NCBI GenBank assembly: GCA_047605445.1
Contig: JASGFP010000002.1
Coordinates: forward strand, 25,483-89,482
Direction of reading: 5' to 3'
Origin: Rhodoblastus sp.
Lineage (GTDB): Bacteria; Pseudomonadota; Alphaproteobacteria; Rhizobiales; Beijerinckiaceae
Length of the DNA stretch: 64,000 nucleotides
The notes under the pieces were generated by a model. The model made no database searches and was not told the DNA's origin. It saw only the letters and a list, made by a program, of their open reading frames with translations. The translations under genes were made by a program, and so were the position numbers. Position 1 is the stretch's first letter; each line of letters begins with the position of its first letter. Of the stretch, positions 1-9,566 are shown piece after piece.

Positions 1-195
1 ATCAATCTAGCCGCTATCTCCGCGCTCAACCGACCTCATGAGCTGAAGCTGCATATACGCGGCGCGCTCAATAACGGCATGTCGGCTGAGGAGATTCGTG
101 AGGTTCTGCTCCAGATCGCGATTTATGCCGGCGTGCCTGCTGCACTGGATTCCTTCCGGATCGCAAAGGAAGTGATCGAGGCTCACCAGAAGTAA
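1..195 (+). CDS. carboxymuconolactone decarboxylase (CMD/AhpD-like) family protein, C-terminal fragment; 5' end lies outside the window
   Basis: Frame +1 is open from nt 1 to TAA at 193-195. It translates to ...HIRGALNNGMSAEEIREVLLQIAIYAGVPAALDSFRIAKEVIEAHQK, which matches the conserved C-terminal helices of CMD-family proteins. Confidence 0.7.
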   Translation: MNLAAISALNRPHELKLHIRGALNNGMSAEEIREVLLQIAIYAGVPAALDSFRIAKEVIEAHQK

Positions 196-307
196 GCCGC
201 GCGCCACAACGGAAAGATCAAGAACAGAGTGTCGACAATCTGCTCTCTTCGGAGCGGAAACGACCTCACGCGTCCACAGTAACAACCACATTCAGGGAGG
301 GAGCATC

Positions 308-1591
308 ATGTCGTCCGACATCACAGCTCAAAGGACGAGCGATCAGGCGATTACGACGTACCAGTGGCTGACGCTTGTCTCGGCTTTTCTCGGCTGGGCG
401 TTCGATTCCATGGATCTCAATCTGTTCACGCTCGTGCTTGTGCCGAGCGTGTCCGAGCTGACTGGCGCCCGCGATCCCGGCGCCATCGCTCACATCGGCG
501 GCATCATCCTGGCCATCAAATTGTTTTGCTGGGGTATCGGCGGCATCATCTTCGGCGTGGTGGCTGATCGCGTGGGCCGCGCCAGGACCATGATCATTAC
601 GATCGTGATCTATGCTGGCTTCACGGGGCTGAGCGGCCTCGCCCAGAGTTGGACACAGCTTGCCATTCTTCAGGGGCTCGCGGGCTTCGGTATTGGCGGC
701 GAGTGGGCGGCTGGCGCCGCGCTTGTGGCCGAGACCTGGCCGGAACGACATCGCGCCCGCGCCATGCAGATCATGCAGATGGCTTTTGGGATAGGCTTTT
801 TCTTTGCGGCGGTCGCCAACCTGTTCCTCGGTCCGATCAGCTGGCGTTGGGTGCTGGCAATGGGCGCTGCGCCGGCGATCGTCAGCCTCGTCATCCGTCA
901 CTTTGTGCCGGAACCGGAGCGGTGGTTGCATGCGCGTGCGAAGGACGAGGCGAGCGGAAACACTGGCGCGCTGGATACGGTCCGCACGATCTTTGGACCG
1001 GAGCTGCGGCGCAACACGATCGTGGGCGTGCTGGTCTCGTCTGCGATGATGATCGGCTGTTGGGGCGGTCTGGCGTTGCTGCCGAACTGGATCAGTCAGC
1101 TTGTGCGTGCGTCCGGCGGCGCGAACGGTGTACAGATCGTCAGCTACGCGTTCATGCTAATGATGGTGGGCGCAACGCTCGGCTATCTCTCGCTGATCTG
1201 GATGACCGAGGCGTGGGGCAGGCGCGGGGCATACTTCGTCTTCTGCCTGGGCGCGCTTGTCTCCTCCGTCTACCTGTTCGGATATGTCACCCAGCTGAAT
1301 GTCCTGATGTGGTTCATGCCGGTATACGGCTACTTCGTCATCGGCGGTTTCGGGACCTTCGCGCTCTATCTGCCGGAGCTCTTTCCGACCCGGGTGCGGG
1401 CGACCGGTCAGGGCTTCTGTTGGAACATGGCGCGGTCGATCACGGCCATAGGTCCGCTTATGGTGGGCACCTTGCTTGCGACTTTCGGATCGTTCCAGGC
1501 CGCGGCCAATGCCACGACGGTAGTCTACGTCATCGGGCTGGTCGCCATCTGGTTCGGCCCGGAAACCAAGGGACGCCCGCTCGAGGACTGA
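308..1591 (+). CDS. MFS transporter
   Basis: 427-aa ORF with GGGAGGGA just upstream of ATG 308. It has about 12 hydrophobic segments and an MFS loop motif GVVADRVGRARTM after TM2. Confidence 0.85.
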   Translation: MSSDITAQRTSDQAITTYQWLTLVSAFLGWAFDSMDLNLFTLVLVPSVSELTGARDPGAIAHIGGIILAIKLFCWGIGGIIFGVVADRVGRARTMIITIVIYAGFTGLSGLAQSWTQLAILQGLAGFGIGGEWAAGAALVAETWPERHRARAMQIMQMAFGIGFFFAAVANLFLGPISWRWVLAMGAAPAIVSLVIRHFVPEPERWLHARAKDEASGNTGALDTVRTIFGPELRRNTIVGVLVSSAMMIGCWGGLALLPNWISQLVRASGGANGVQIVSYAFMLMMVGATLGYLSLIWMTEAWGRRGAYFVFCLGALVSSVYLFGYVTQLNVLMWFMPVYGYFVIGGFGTFALYLPELFPTRVRATGQGFCWNMARSITAIGPLMVGTLLATFGSFQAAANATTVVYVIGLVAIWFGPETKGRPLED

Positions 1592-1655
1592 GCGCCTACA
1601 TGTCAGCGGCGCGCAGGCGCCGCTGATGGAATTTGTAGCTACCAGAGGGCCAACG

Positions 1656-3053
1656 ATGACGGGTCTGGACAACAACGCCAGCGCAATTTCGCGCAACCCC
1701 GCGACCGGAGAGCTAGTTGCGACGTACGCATTTCAGTCTCCCGTGGAGGTCGAGAAGGTGCTGGCGGATAATGCGGACGGCGCCAGAATCTGGCGCGCCA
1801 TGTCGATGAGCGAGCGCGTTGCGACGTATAACCGCCTTGCCGGGTTGCTGCGCGATCGATCGGAGGCTCTGGCCAGCCTGATTACGACCGAGATGGGCAA
1901 GACGATCGGCGCGGCGCGCGCGGAGATCGAAAAATGCGCGGCGACCGTCGAGTGGATTGCGCAGAACGGGCCGGCGATCATTGCCGACGAGCCTGCGCCC
2001 GTCGAAAGCGGCGATAAAGTCTATGTTTCGTACCTGCCGATTGGCACGGTTTTGGGCGTCATGCCCTGGAATTTTCCGGCATGGCAGGTGATCCGCGCGT
2101 CTGCGCCGATAATGCTGTCCGGCAACGGATTTATACTCAAGCACGCGCCGAACGTGATGGGATCGGCCTTGGCGTTGCAGGATGTCTATGAGGCCGCCGG
2201 CGTCCCCAGAGGGGCTTTTGCCAACTTGAACGCGGACAATCACGCAGTACACCGCGTCATCGAAGATCCGCGCATTGCCGCGGTTACATTGACGGGCAGC
2301 ATGCGTGCGGGCTCTGCAGTGGCGGGGGTCGCTGGGAGAGCCCTGAAGAAAAGCCTCCTGGAACTCGGGGGCGCAGACGCTTTTATCGTGCTGGCCGATG
2401 CGAATGTCGATCTTGCCGTCTCGGCCGGTATCGAGGCGCGGTTCCAGAACGCTGGCCAAGTGTGCCTGGCCGCCAAGCGCTTCATTCTGGAGAAGCCAAT
2501 TGCTGAAGAGTTCACCCGCAAGTTCGTGGAGGCGACGAAGCTGTTGAAGGTCGGCGATCCGCGCGACCCCACCACGGCGATAGGTCCGCTGGCGCGCAAT
2601 GATCTGCGCGACGAACTGCATCGGCAAGTGGAAAAGACGATCGCAGCAGGGGCAAAGCTCCTTCTTGGGGGCAGAAAGCTTGAAGGCGTGGGGTCATTCT
2701 ACGAGCCCACTGTCCTCGTCGATGTTGCGCCAGGCATGGCCGCATTCGACGAGGAGACTTTCGGGCCTGTCGCCGCGATCACGGTCGCCGACAACGCCGA
2801 ACATGCGATCACACTCGCCAATGCGAGCGATTATGGCCTCGCCGGCAGTCTTTGGACGAGCGACGTCCAGCGTGCGCAGAATGTCGCGCGTTGTCTCGAA
2901 ACGGGCGGCGTGTTCATCAATGGCTTTTCCGCTTCGAACGCCCGTATTCCCGTCGGCGGGGTAAAAAAGAGCGGCTACGGGCGAGAATTGTCACATTTCG
3001 GCTTGCGCGAATTCACCAACGCTCAGGCGGTCTGGGCAAAGGCTGTCGGCTGA
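1656..3053 (+). CDS. NAD(P)-dependent aldehyde dehydrogenase (succinate-/ketoglutarate-semialdehyde dehydrogenase-like)
   Basis: ORF 1626-3053 carries ALDH motifs: LELGGAD (catalytic Glu), FQNAGQVCLAAKR (catalytic Cys), EETFGPV and an NPATGE N-terminus. Start set at ATG 1656 (AGAGGG upstream); ATG 1626 is an alternative. Confidence 0.85.
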   Translation: MTGLDNNASAISRNPATGELVATYAFQSPVEVEKVLADNADGARIWRAMSMSERVATYNRLAGLLRDRSEALASLITTEMGKTIGAARAEIEKCAATVEWIAQNGPAIIADEPAPVESGDKVYVSYLPIGTVLGVMPWNFPAWQVIRASAPIMLSGNGFILKHAPNVMGSALALQDVYEAAGVPRGAFANLNADNHAVHRVIEDPRIAAVTLTGSMRAGSAVAGVAGRALKKSLLELGGADAFIVLADANVDLAVSAGIEARFQNAGQVCLAAKRFILEKPIAEEFTRKFVEATKLLKVGDPRDPTTAIGPLARNDLRDELHRQVEKTIAAGAKLLLGGRKLEGVGSFYEPTVLVDVAPGMAAFDEETFGPVAAITVADNAEHAITLANASDYGLAGSLWTSDVQRAQNVARCLETGGVFINGFSASNARIPVGGVKKSGYGRELSHFGLREFTNAQAVWAKAVG

Positions 3054-3443
3054 GGCGCTATCCCTCCGTTTCGGGGCGCATCTTAGCGAGCACGATCTGC
3101 ATGTGGCCCTCGATCCCGGAGCCATTCGCCTCCGGCGCATGATCGTTGCTGTCATGGCCGGCGCCGCGAGCGACTCGACGTTCGATCAAGCCTCCGTCGA
3201 AGACGGCCCTGACGGCCGCGGCCATTGCCGCCAGTCCCGGACGGCGTCGATGTCGACAATCCATGCATTGCGGCCGATTTCGCAAAATTCCCTGTTATTT
3301 TCCCTGGCGCCAGGGAATGTCTGCCCCAGACCCGTTCGATCGGCTCGCTCTCAGAGGGGGGCGGCCTCCGGCATTTTGGCTGGGCGCTCAGCGGCTCTAT
3401 CGTGTGGCGAAAGCGCGCCAGTCGCCGCCGCCGGAGGAACGCC

Positions 3444-5177
3444 ATGCCCCGCAAATCGCCCGATCAGCTTCGCTCCGCGCGCTGGTTCGCGCCCGACGAC
3501 CTGCGTTCGTTCGGCCACCGCTCGCGAATGGCCCAGATGGGCTATGCGGCCGAGGAATATCGCGGCAAGCCTGTCATCGCGATCATCAACACCTGGTCGG
3601 ACCTCAACCAGTGCCATGCGCATTTCAAGGAGCGGGTCGAGGACATCAAGCGCGGCGTGCTGCAGGGCGGCGGCTTTCCCGTCGAGTTGCCCGCGATCTC
3701 GCTGTCGGAGAGCAACGTCAAGCCGACGACCATGCTCTACCGGAATTTCCTGGCGATGGAGACGGAAGAGCTGATCCGCTCGCATTCCGTCGACGGCGTC
3801 GTTCTGATGGGCGGCTGCGACAAGACGACGCCCGGCCTGCTGCTCGGCGCCACCAGCGCGGGCGTTCCCGCGATCTTCGCGCCTGCCGGGCCGATGCTGC
3901 GCGGCAACTGGCGCGGGAAGACGCTGGGCTCGGGCTCCGACGCCTGGAAATACTGGGACGAACGGCGCGCCGGCAATATTTCGGACAAGGACTGGGACGA
4001 AATGGAGGCCGGCATCGCGCGCAGCTACGGCGTGTGCATGACGATGGGCACGGCGGCGACCATGACGGCGCTGGCCGACGCGATCGGCATGACCCTGCCC
4101 GGCGCATCGTCCATCCCGGCCGCAGATTCGAACCACATCCGCATGTGCGCGGCGGCGGGACGCCGTATCGTCGACATGGTGTGGGAAGATCTGACGCCCG
4201 ACAAAATCCAGACACGGCAGGCGTTCCTCAACGCCATCGTGGTGGCGATGGCGATGGGCTGCTCGACCAACGCGGTCATCCACATCGTCGCGATGGCGCG
4301 GCGCGCGGGGCACGACATCGGGCTCGACGATTTCGATGCGGCGAGCCGCACGACGCCGGTGATCGCCAATATAAGGCCCTCCGGCGACACCTATCTGATG
4401 GAGGATTTCTACTACGCCGGCGGCCTGCTCGGCATGATGACGCGGCTTGCCGGCAAGCTCGACCTGTCGCAAATCAATGCGAGCGGAGAGACATGGGCGA
4501 CCTCGCTGGAAGGCGCCGCCGTCTACAACGACGACGTCATCCGCAGCATCGACAATCCCATCTACAAGGAGGGCGCGCTTGCGGTGCTGCGCGGCAATCT
4601 CGCGCCGCAGGGCTGCGTCATCAAGCCCTCGGCCGCCGCGCAGCGCTACATGAAGCACACCGGCCCTGCCCTCGTGTTCGACGATTACGCCGACATGAAA
4701 GCCAATATCGATCGCGACGATCTCGACGTGACCGCAGATACGGTTCTCGTGCTCCGCAACGCCGGCCCGCTCGGCGGCCCCGGCATGCCGGAATGGGGCA
4801 TGCTGCCGATCCCGAAGAAGCTGGTGAAGCAGGGCGTGCGCGACATGGTGCGCATTTCCGACGCGCGCATGAGCGGCACGAGCTACGGCGCCTGCATCCT
4901 GCACGTCGCCCCCGAATCCTTCGTCGGCGGTCCGCTGGCGCTGGTGCGGACGGGCGATCCGATCTCTGTGGACGTGCCCGCGCGAAAACTCTCGCTGGAC
5001 GTGCCCGACGACGAACTGGCCCGCCGCCGCGCCGCCCTGCCCGCGCCGAGGCCACGCTACGAGCGCGGCTATGGCTGGATGTTCTCCCGCCACATCAAAC
5101 AGGCCGACGAAGGTTGCGATTTCGATTTTCTCGAGACGAGTTTCGGGGCGCCGGTCGAGGAACCCTCGATCTACTGA
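3444..5177 (+). CDS. IlvD/Edd-family dehydratase, sugar-acid (arabonate/xylonate-type) dehydratase-like, paralogue 1
   Basis: ORF 3225-5177 with start placed at ATG 3444 (GGAGGA at 3434-3439). IlvD/Edd signatures present: MGGCDKTTPG, CMTMGTAATM, RISDARMSGTSYG. Confidence 0.85.
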   Translation: MPRKSPDQLRSARWFAPDDLRSFGHRSRMAQMGYAAEEYRGKPVIAIINTWSDLNQCHAHFKERVEDIKRGVLQGGGFPVELPAISLSESNVKPTTMLYRNFLAMETEELIRSHSVDGVVLMGGCDKTTPGLLLGATSAGVPAIFAPAGPMLRGNWRGKTLGSGSDAWKYWDERRAGNISDKDWDEMEAGIARSYGVCMTMGTAATMTALADAIGMTLPGASSIPAADSNHIRMCAAAGRRIVDMVWEDLTPDKIQTRQAFLNAIVVAMAMGCSTNAVIHIVAMARRAGHDIGLDDFDAASRTTPVIANIRPSGDTYLMEDFYYAGGLLGMMTRLAGKLDLSQINASGETWATSLEGAAVYNDDVIRSIDNPIYKEGALAVLRGNLAPQGCVIKPSAAAQRYMKHTGPALVFDDYADMKANIDRDDLDVTADTVLVLRNAGPLGGPGMPEWGMLPIPKKLVKQGVRDMVRISDARMSGTSYGACILHVAPESFVGGPLALVRTGDPISVDVPARKLSLDVPDDELARRRAALPAPRPRYERGYGWMFSRHIKQADEGCDFDFLETSFGAPVEEPSIY

Positions 5178-5410
5178 CCGCTACGCGGATAGCCGCTTTT
5201 TCCAGGCGGCCCTGCCGGATGTGAGCCCTGCGCGATTCCGCAGCCATGTCGTGGCGCGAGAAAATCCATCTCCACGCATGCCGATGTTTGGCAGGTCTTT
5301 CTCCAAAACCCGGATTGAGACAGGAGGCTCCGGCACGTAGTTCATGCTGCAATGCAAGGGCCGTCCCGTTGCGCCGTTGGGCGCGAGGAGCCCATGACTG
5401 GAGATGCACG

Positions 5411-5752
5411 ATGTCCGCGGCGAGAAGCCAGCCATTGCCGGCGATCCTGTTCGCCAACGACCTGCGCGACGGCGACGTCGTTTTTCTCGGGGCCTACGGG
5501 TGGACCCGCAATCCGGCCGAAGCCTCGATCGCTACGACGCAGGCGGAAGCCGACGCGCTGCTAGAGGCCGGCGAAAGCTATGCCGCACGCAACGAAGTGG
5601 TCGACGTCTATCTTGCTGAAGTCGTGCTCGACGCTCTCGGACGCGCGACTCCGAAGCATTTCCGCGAGCGGTTTCGCACCCAGGGGCCGAGCGTGCGGCG
5701 CGACCTCGGCAAGCAGGCGGAATTTGCGATCCACGAGCAGGCGGCGGAGTAA
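5411..5752 (+). CDS. DUF2849 domain protein (sulfite-reductase-associated)
   Basis: Begins MSAARSQPLPAILFANDLRDGDVVFL and sits directly upstream (4 nt) of cysI. This position and sequence type are typical of DUF2849 in alphaproteobacteria. Start chosen at ATG 5411 inside ORF 5246-5752. Confidence 0.7.
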   Translation: MSAARSQPLPAILFANDLRDGDVVFLGAYGWTRNPAEASIATTQAEADALLEAGESYAARNEVVDVYLAEVVLDALGRATPKHFRERFRTQGPSVRRDLGKQAEFAIHEQAAE

Positions 5753-5755
5753 GCC

Positions 5756-7426
5756 ATGTACGCCTACGACGAATTCGACCAACGTTTCGTGCGCGAGCGC
5801 GTCGCGCAATTCCGCGACCAGGTGTCGCGCCGCCTCTCGGGTTCGCTGACGGAAGAGGAATTCCGTCCGCTGCGCCTGCAGAATGGGCTCTACCTGCAAT
5901 TGCACGCCTACATGCTGCGCATCGCCGTGCCTTACGGAGTGCTCGCGCCCAAGCAATTGCGGCAGCTCGCGCTGATCGCCGACAAGTTCGACAAGGGCTA
6001 CGGCCATTTCACCACGCGCCAGAACCTGCAATTCAACTGGCCCAAGCTGCGCGACGTGCCGGACATTCTCGCGCTGCTGGCCGATGTCGAGATGCATGCG
6101 ATCCAGACGTCCGGCAATTGCATCCGCAACGTCACGTCGGATCAGTTCGCGGGCGTCGCGCGCGACGAGATCGAGGATCCGCGGCCCGTCGGCGAGCTTC
6201 TGCGCCAATGGTCGAGCCTGCATCCGGAATTTTCGTTCCTGCCGCGCAAGTTCAAGATCGCGGTCACGGGCGCGGCAAGCGATCGTGCGGTGCTCAAGTC
6301 GCATGACGTCGGCGTGCGCATCGTGCGCCATCCGCAGACGCAGGAGATCGGTTACGAAATTCTCGCCGGCGGCGGGCTCGGCCGCACGCCCATGGTCGGC
6401 AAGGTTCTGCGCGACTTTCTGCCAAAGGGCCAGTTGCTCGCCTATATCGACGCGATCATGCGCGTCTACAATTCCGAAGGGCGGCGCGACAACAAATACA
6501 AGGCCCGCATCAAGATCCTCGTGCACGAGCTCGGGCTCGAAACGTTCCGCGACAAGGTCGAGGCCGAATTTGCACAGGGACCCGACTGGTCGGCGGAGGA
6601 AAACGACGAGCTTGCGCGCCTCGCGCCCTATTTCAACCAGATCGCCTACGATACCCTTCCCGCCGTCTCGCGCGCGTACGAGGCGGCGAGGCTCTCCAAT
6701 CCGGCTTTTGCAGAATGGGCCGACAACGCCCTGTTCGCCCATCGCGTCCCGGGCTATGCCGCCGTCACCGTCTCGCTCAAGCCGGTCGGCGGCGTGCCCG
6801 GCGACATGACTTCGGACCAGATGCGCGCTTTCGCCGATCTCGCCGAGCGCTATTCGCTCGACGAGCTGCGCGTCACTCATGCGCAGAATCTGGTGCTGCC
6901 GCATGTGAAGCTCGACGATCTTCCCGCTTTGTGGCGCGCGCTCGGCGAACTCGGGCTCGCCACAGCCAATGTCGGTCTCGTCACTGACATCATCGCCTGC
7001 CCCGGCCTCGACTATTGCGCGTTGGCGACTGCGCGCTCCATTCCGGTCGCGCAGGCGATCTCGCAGCGTTTCGGCGACAGCGCGCGCCAACGCGAGATCG
7101 GCCCGCTGCAGATCAAGATTTCCGGCTGCATCAACGCCTGCGGCCACCACCATGTCGGCCATATCGGCATTCTCGGCCTCGAAAAACGGGGGCAGGAATC
7201 CTACCAGGTCACGCTCGGCGGCGACGCCTCCGAGCAGATGGCGGTCGGCGAATTGTTGGGTCCTGGCCTGACGGCCGACGAGGTGCCGGACGCGATCGAA
7301 CGCATAGTTGGCGTCTATCTTGCAAGGCGCAACGACGGCGAAACCTTCATCGAAGCTGTGAAACGGCTCGGCGTCGGCGCCTTCAAGGCCGCATTTCTTG
7401 GCGGAGCGCAAAATGAAGCTGCTTGA
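5756..7426 (+). CDS. cysI: sulfite reductase hemoprotein (siroheme/4Fe-4S, ferredoxin- or NADPH-type)
   Basis: 556-aa ORF with nitrite/sulfite reductase repeats. Cys cluster motifs TDIIACPGLDYCALA and ISGCINACGHHH. Sits in a cys operon context. Confidence 0.9.
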   Translation: MYAYDEFDQRFVRERVAQFRDQVSRRLSGSLTEEEFRPLRLQNGLYLQLHAYMLRIAVPYGVLAPKQLRQLALIADKFDKGYGHFTTRQNLQFNWPKLRDVPDILALLADVEMHAIQTSGNCIRNVTSDQFAGVARDEIEDPRPVGELLRQWSSLHPEFSFLPRKFKIAVTGAASDRAVLKSHDVGVRIVRHPQTQEIGYEILAGGGLGRTPMVGKVLRDFLPKGQLLAYIDAIMRVYNSEGRRDNKYKARIKILVHELGLETFRDKVEAEFAQGPDWSAEENDELARLAPYFNQIAYDTLPAVSRAYEAARLSNPAFAEWADNALFAHRVPGYAAVTVSLKPVGGVPGDMTSDQMRAFADLAERYSLDELRVTHAQNLVLPHVKLDDLPALWRALGELGLATANVGLVTDIIACPGLDYCALATARSIPVAQAISQRFGDSARQREIGPLQIKISGCINACGHHHVGHIGILGLEKRGQESYQVTLGGDASEQMAVGELLGPGLTADEVPDAIERIVGVYLARRNDGETFIEAVKRLGVGAFKAAFLGGAQNEAA

Positions 7427-7922
7427 TCGCGCGGGCTACCGCATCGACGATTTCGCGCGCGACGGAACCCTCGCGGCCACGATCGCGCCGCTCGCCGAGC
7501 TCGACGCCGCGCTGGAGCAACGCGACAACAGGCCCATCGGCGTCGAGATCGCCAACAATACGGAAGTGCAGCGGCTTGCGCCGCTGTTCGACCGTCTCGC
7601 GCTGATCGCGATCGTGTTTCCCTCGTTCGGCGACGGTCGCGGCTTTTCGCTGGCCAAGCGGCTGCGTCGCGCCGGATACACGGGCCGGCTGCGCGCGGTC
7701 GGGCCTCTCATTCCCGATCAGGGCGCTTACGCTTTCGCCTGCGGCTTCGACGAGATCGAACTGCCGGACGCCGTCACCGCGCGTCAGACAGAAGCGCAAT
7801 GGCGAAAGGCGCTCGGCGCTATCAGCGCGACCTATCAACCCGGATATTTCCGGCCGAAAAGCATTCTCGAACGCCGGTTCGAGGCGCGGCGCGGCGCATC
7901 GGAGGAGGCGCGGCATGGGTGA
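7413..7922 (+). CDS. DUF934 domain protein (sulfite-reductase-associated oxidoreductase-like)
   Basis: Begins MKLLDRAGYRIDDF and contains FPSFGDGRGFSLAKRLR. It overlaps the cysI stop and the cysH start, the standard cysI-DUF934-cysH arrangement. Confidence 0.75.
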   Translation: MKLLDRAGYRIDDFARDGTLAATIAPLAELDAALEQRDNRPIGVEIANNTEVQRLAPLFDRLALIAIVFPSFGDGRGFSLAKRLRRAGYTGRLRAVGPLIPDQGAYAFACGFDEIELPDAVTARQTEAQWRKALGAISATYQPGYFRPKSILERRFEARRGASEEARHG

Positions 7923-8667
7923 CGAGGCCGCTTCTCTCGACCATGCATTCGCAGAGCTTAATCCGCTCGCACGCCTCAGACTGCTGCGTGCGCAGGTCGC
8001 CGGGCGCATCATTTTGACGACGAGCTTCGGGATCGAGGATCAGCTTCTCACCGATCTGATCTTCGCCAACGATCTCGATATCGAAGTCGTGACGCTCGAC
8101 ACCGGCCGTCTGTTTCCCGAGACCTACAAGGTCTGGTCCGAGACCGAGATGAAATACGGCCAACGCATCCGCGCTTTCTATCCGGATGCGGCCGCGCTCG
8201 AGGAATTGATCGCCGATCAGGGGATCGACGGCTTCTATTTCGGGGTGTCCATGCGCAAGGCCTGCTGCGGCGTGCGCAAAGTGGCGCCGCTCAATCGCGC
8301 GCTCGCGGGCGCGAGCGCCTGGGTGACGGGCCTGCGCGCCGATCAGTCCGCCAATCGCGCCGCAACCGCTTTCGTCGCGTTCGACACGGGCTTTTCCGTG
8401 CTGAAGGCGAGCCCACTGGCCGACATGTCGCGCGAGGCGATCGTGGCCGAGACGGAACGGCGCGCGATCCCGGTGAATATCCTGCACGCCAAAGGCTTTC
8501 CCTCAATCGGTTGCGCGCCGTGCACACGCGCGATCCTGCCCGGCGAGGACGAGCGCGCCGGCCGCTGGTGGTGGGAACAGGACGACAAGAAGGAATGCGG
8601 ACTGCACGTCGCAACGGACGGCGCCATCGTCCCGCGCGCAGGCGCCCCGATCGGAGACCGCCCGTGA
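7915..8667 (+). CDS. cysH: adenylyl-sulfate (APS)/PAPS reductase, thioredoxin-dependent, Fe-S type
   Basis: 250-aa ORF. The Cys pairs CC ([11 protein letters not shown]) and CxxC (SIGCAPCTR), plus KECGLH, are the cluster-binding signature of assimilatory APS reductases. Confidence 0.9.
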   Translation: MGDEAASLDHAFAELNPLARLRLLRAQVAGRIILTTSFGIEDQLLTDLIFANDLDIEVVTLDTGRLFPETYKVWSETEMKYGQRIRAFYPDAAALEELIADQGIDGFYFGVSMRKACCGVRKVAPLNRALAGASAWVTGLRADQSANRAATAFVAFDTGFSVLKASPLADMSREAIVAETERRAIPVNILHAKGFPSIGCAPCTRAILPGEDERAGRWWWEQDDKKECGLHVATDGAIVPRAGAPIGDRP

Positions 8668-9566
8668 GCAAACTGACCCACCTGCAATCTCTCGAGGCGG
8701 AATCGATTTTTATTCTGCGCGAGGTCGCCGCGGCCTGCGAACGGCCTGTCCTGCTCTATTCGATCGGCAAGGATTCGGCGGTGCTGCTGCATCTGGCGAT
8801 GAAGGCCTTTGCGCCCGGCAAGCCGCCCTTCCCGCTGCTGCATGTCGATACGACATGGAAGTTTCGGGAGATGATCGAGTTCCGCGACGCGACCGCAAAG
8901 CGACTCGGCCTCGAACTGATCGTGCATACCAACCAGGAAGGCGTGGCCGCCGGAATCAACCCGATCGATTCCGGCTCCGCCGTCCATACCGATGTGATGA
9001 AGACGCAAGGGCTCAAGCAGGCGCTCGACAAATACGGCTTCGACGCGGCCTTCGGCGGGGCGCGGCGCGACGAGGAGAAGAGCCGCGCCAAGGAGCGCAT
9101 CTTCTCGCTGCGCTCGCCCGACCATCGCTGGGACCCGAAGGCGCAGCGGCCGGAGCCATGGCGCGCCTTCAACACGCGCAAGCGCAAGGGCGAGAGTTTT
9201 CGCGTGTTCCCGCTGTCGAACTGGACCGAGGCGGATGTGTGGGACTATATCGCGCTCGAAAACATCCCCGTCGTTCCGCTCTATTTCGCCAAGCGCCGGC
9301 CGGTGGTCGAGCGCAACGGCGCGCTGATCATGCGCGACGACGAGCGGATGCCGCTGTTGCCGGGCGAAGTCCCGCAGATGAAGCTCGTCCGCTTCCGCAC
9401 GCTGGGCTGCTATCCGCTGACCGGCGCCGTCGAAAGTTCGGCGGCCAGCCTTCCCGAGATCATCGCGGAAATGCGTGCATCGCGCTCCTCCGAACGCCAG
9501 GGCCGCGTCATCGACCATGACGGGGCGAGTTCGATGGAGCTGAAGAAGCAGGAAGGCTATTTCTGA
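8664..9566 (+). CDS. cysD: sulfate adenylyltransferase subunit 2
   Basis: GTG 8664 overlaps the cysH stop (GTGA). The product begins [21 protein letters not shown] and contains [13 protein letters not shown] (PP-loop); about 300 aa. Confidence 0.9.
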   Translation: MSKLTHLQSLEAESIFILREVAAACERPVLLYSIGKDSAVLLHLAMKAFAPGKPPFPLLHVDTTWKFREMIEFRDATAKRLGLELIVHTNQEGVAAGINPIDSGSAVHTDVMKTQGLKQALDKYGFDAAFGGARRDEEKSRAKERIFSLRSPDHRWDPKAQRPEPWRAFNTRKRKGESFRVFPLSNWTEADVWDYIALENIPVVPLYFAKRRPVVERNGALIMRDDERMPLLPGEVPQMKLVRFRTLGCYPLTGAVESSAASLPEIIAEMRASRSSERQGRVIDHDGASSMELKKQEGYF

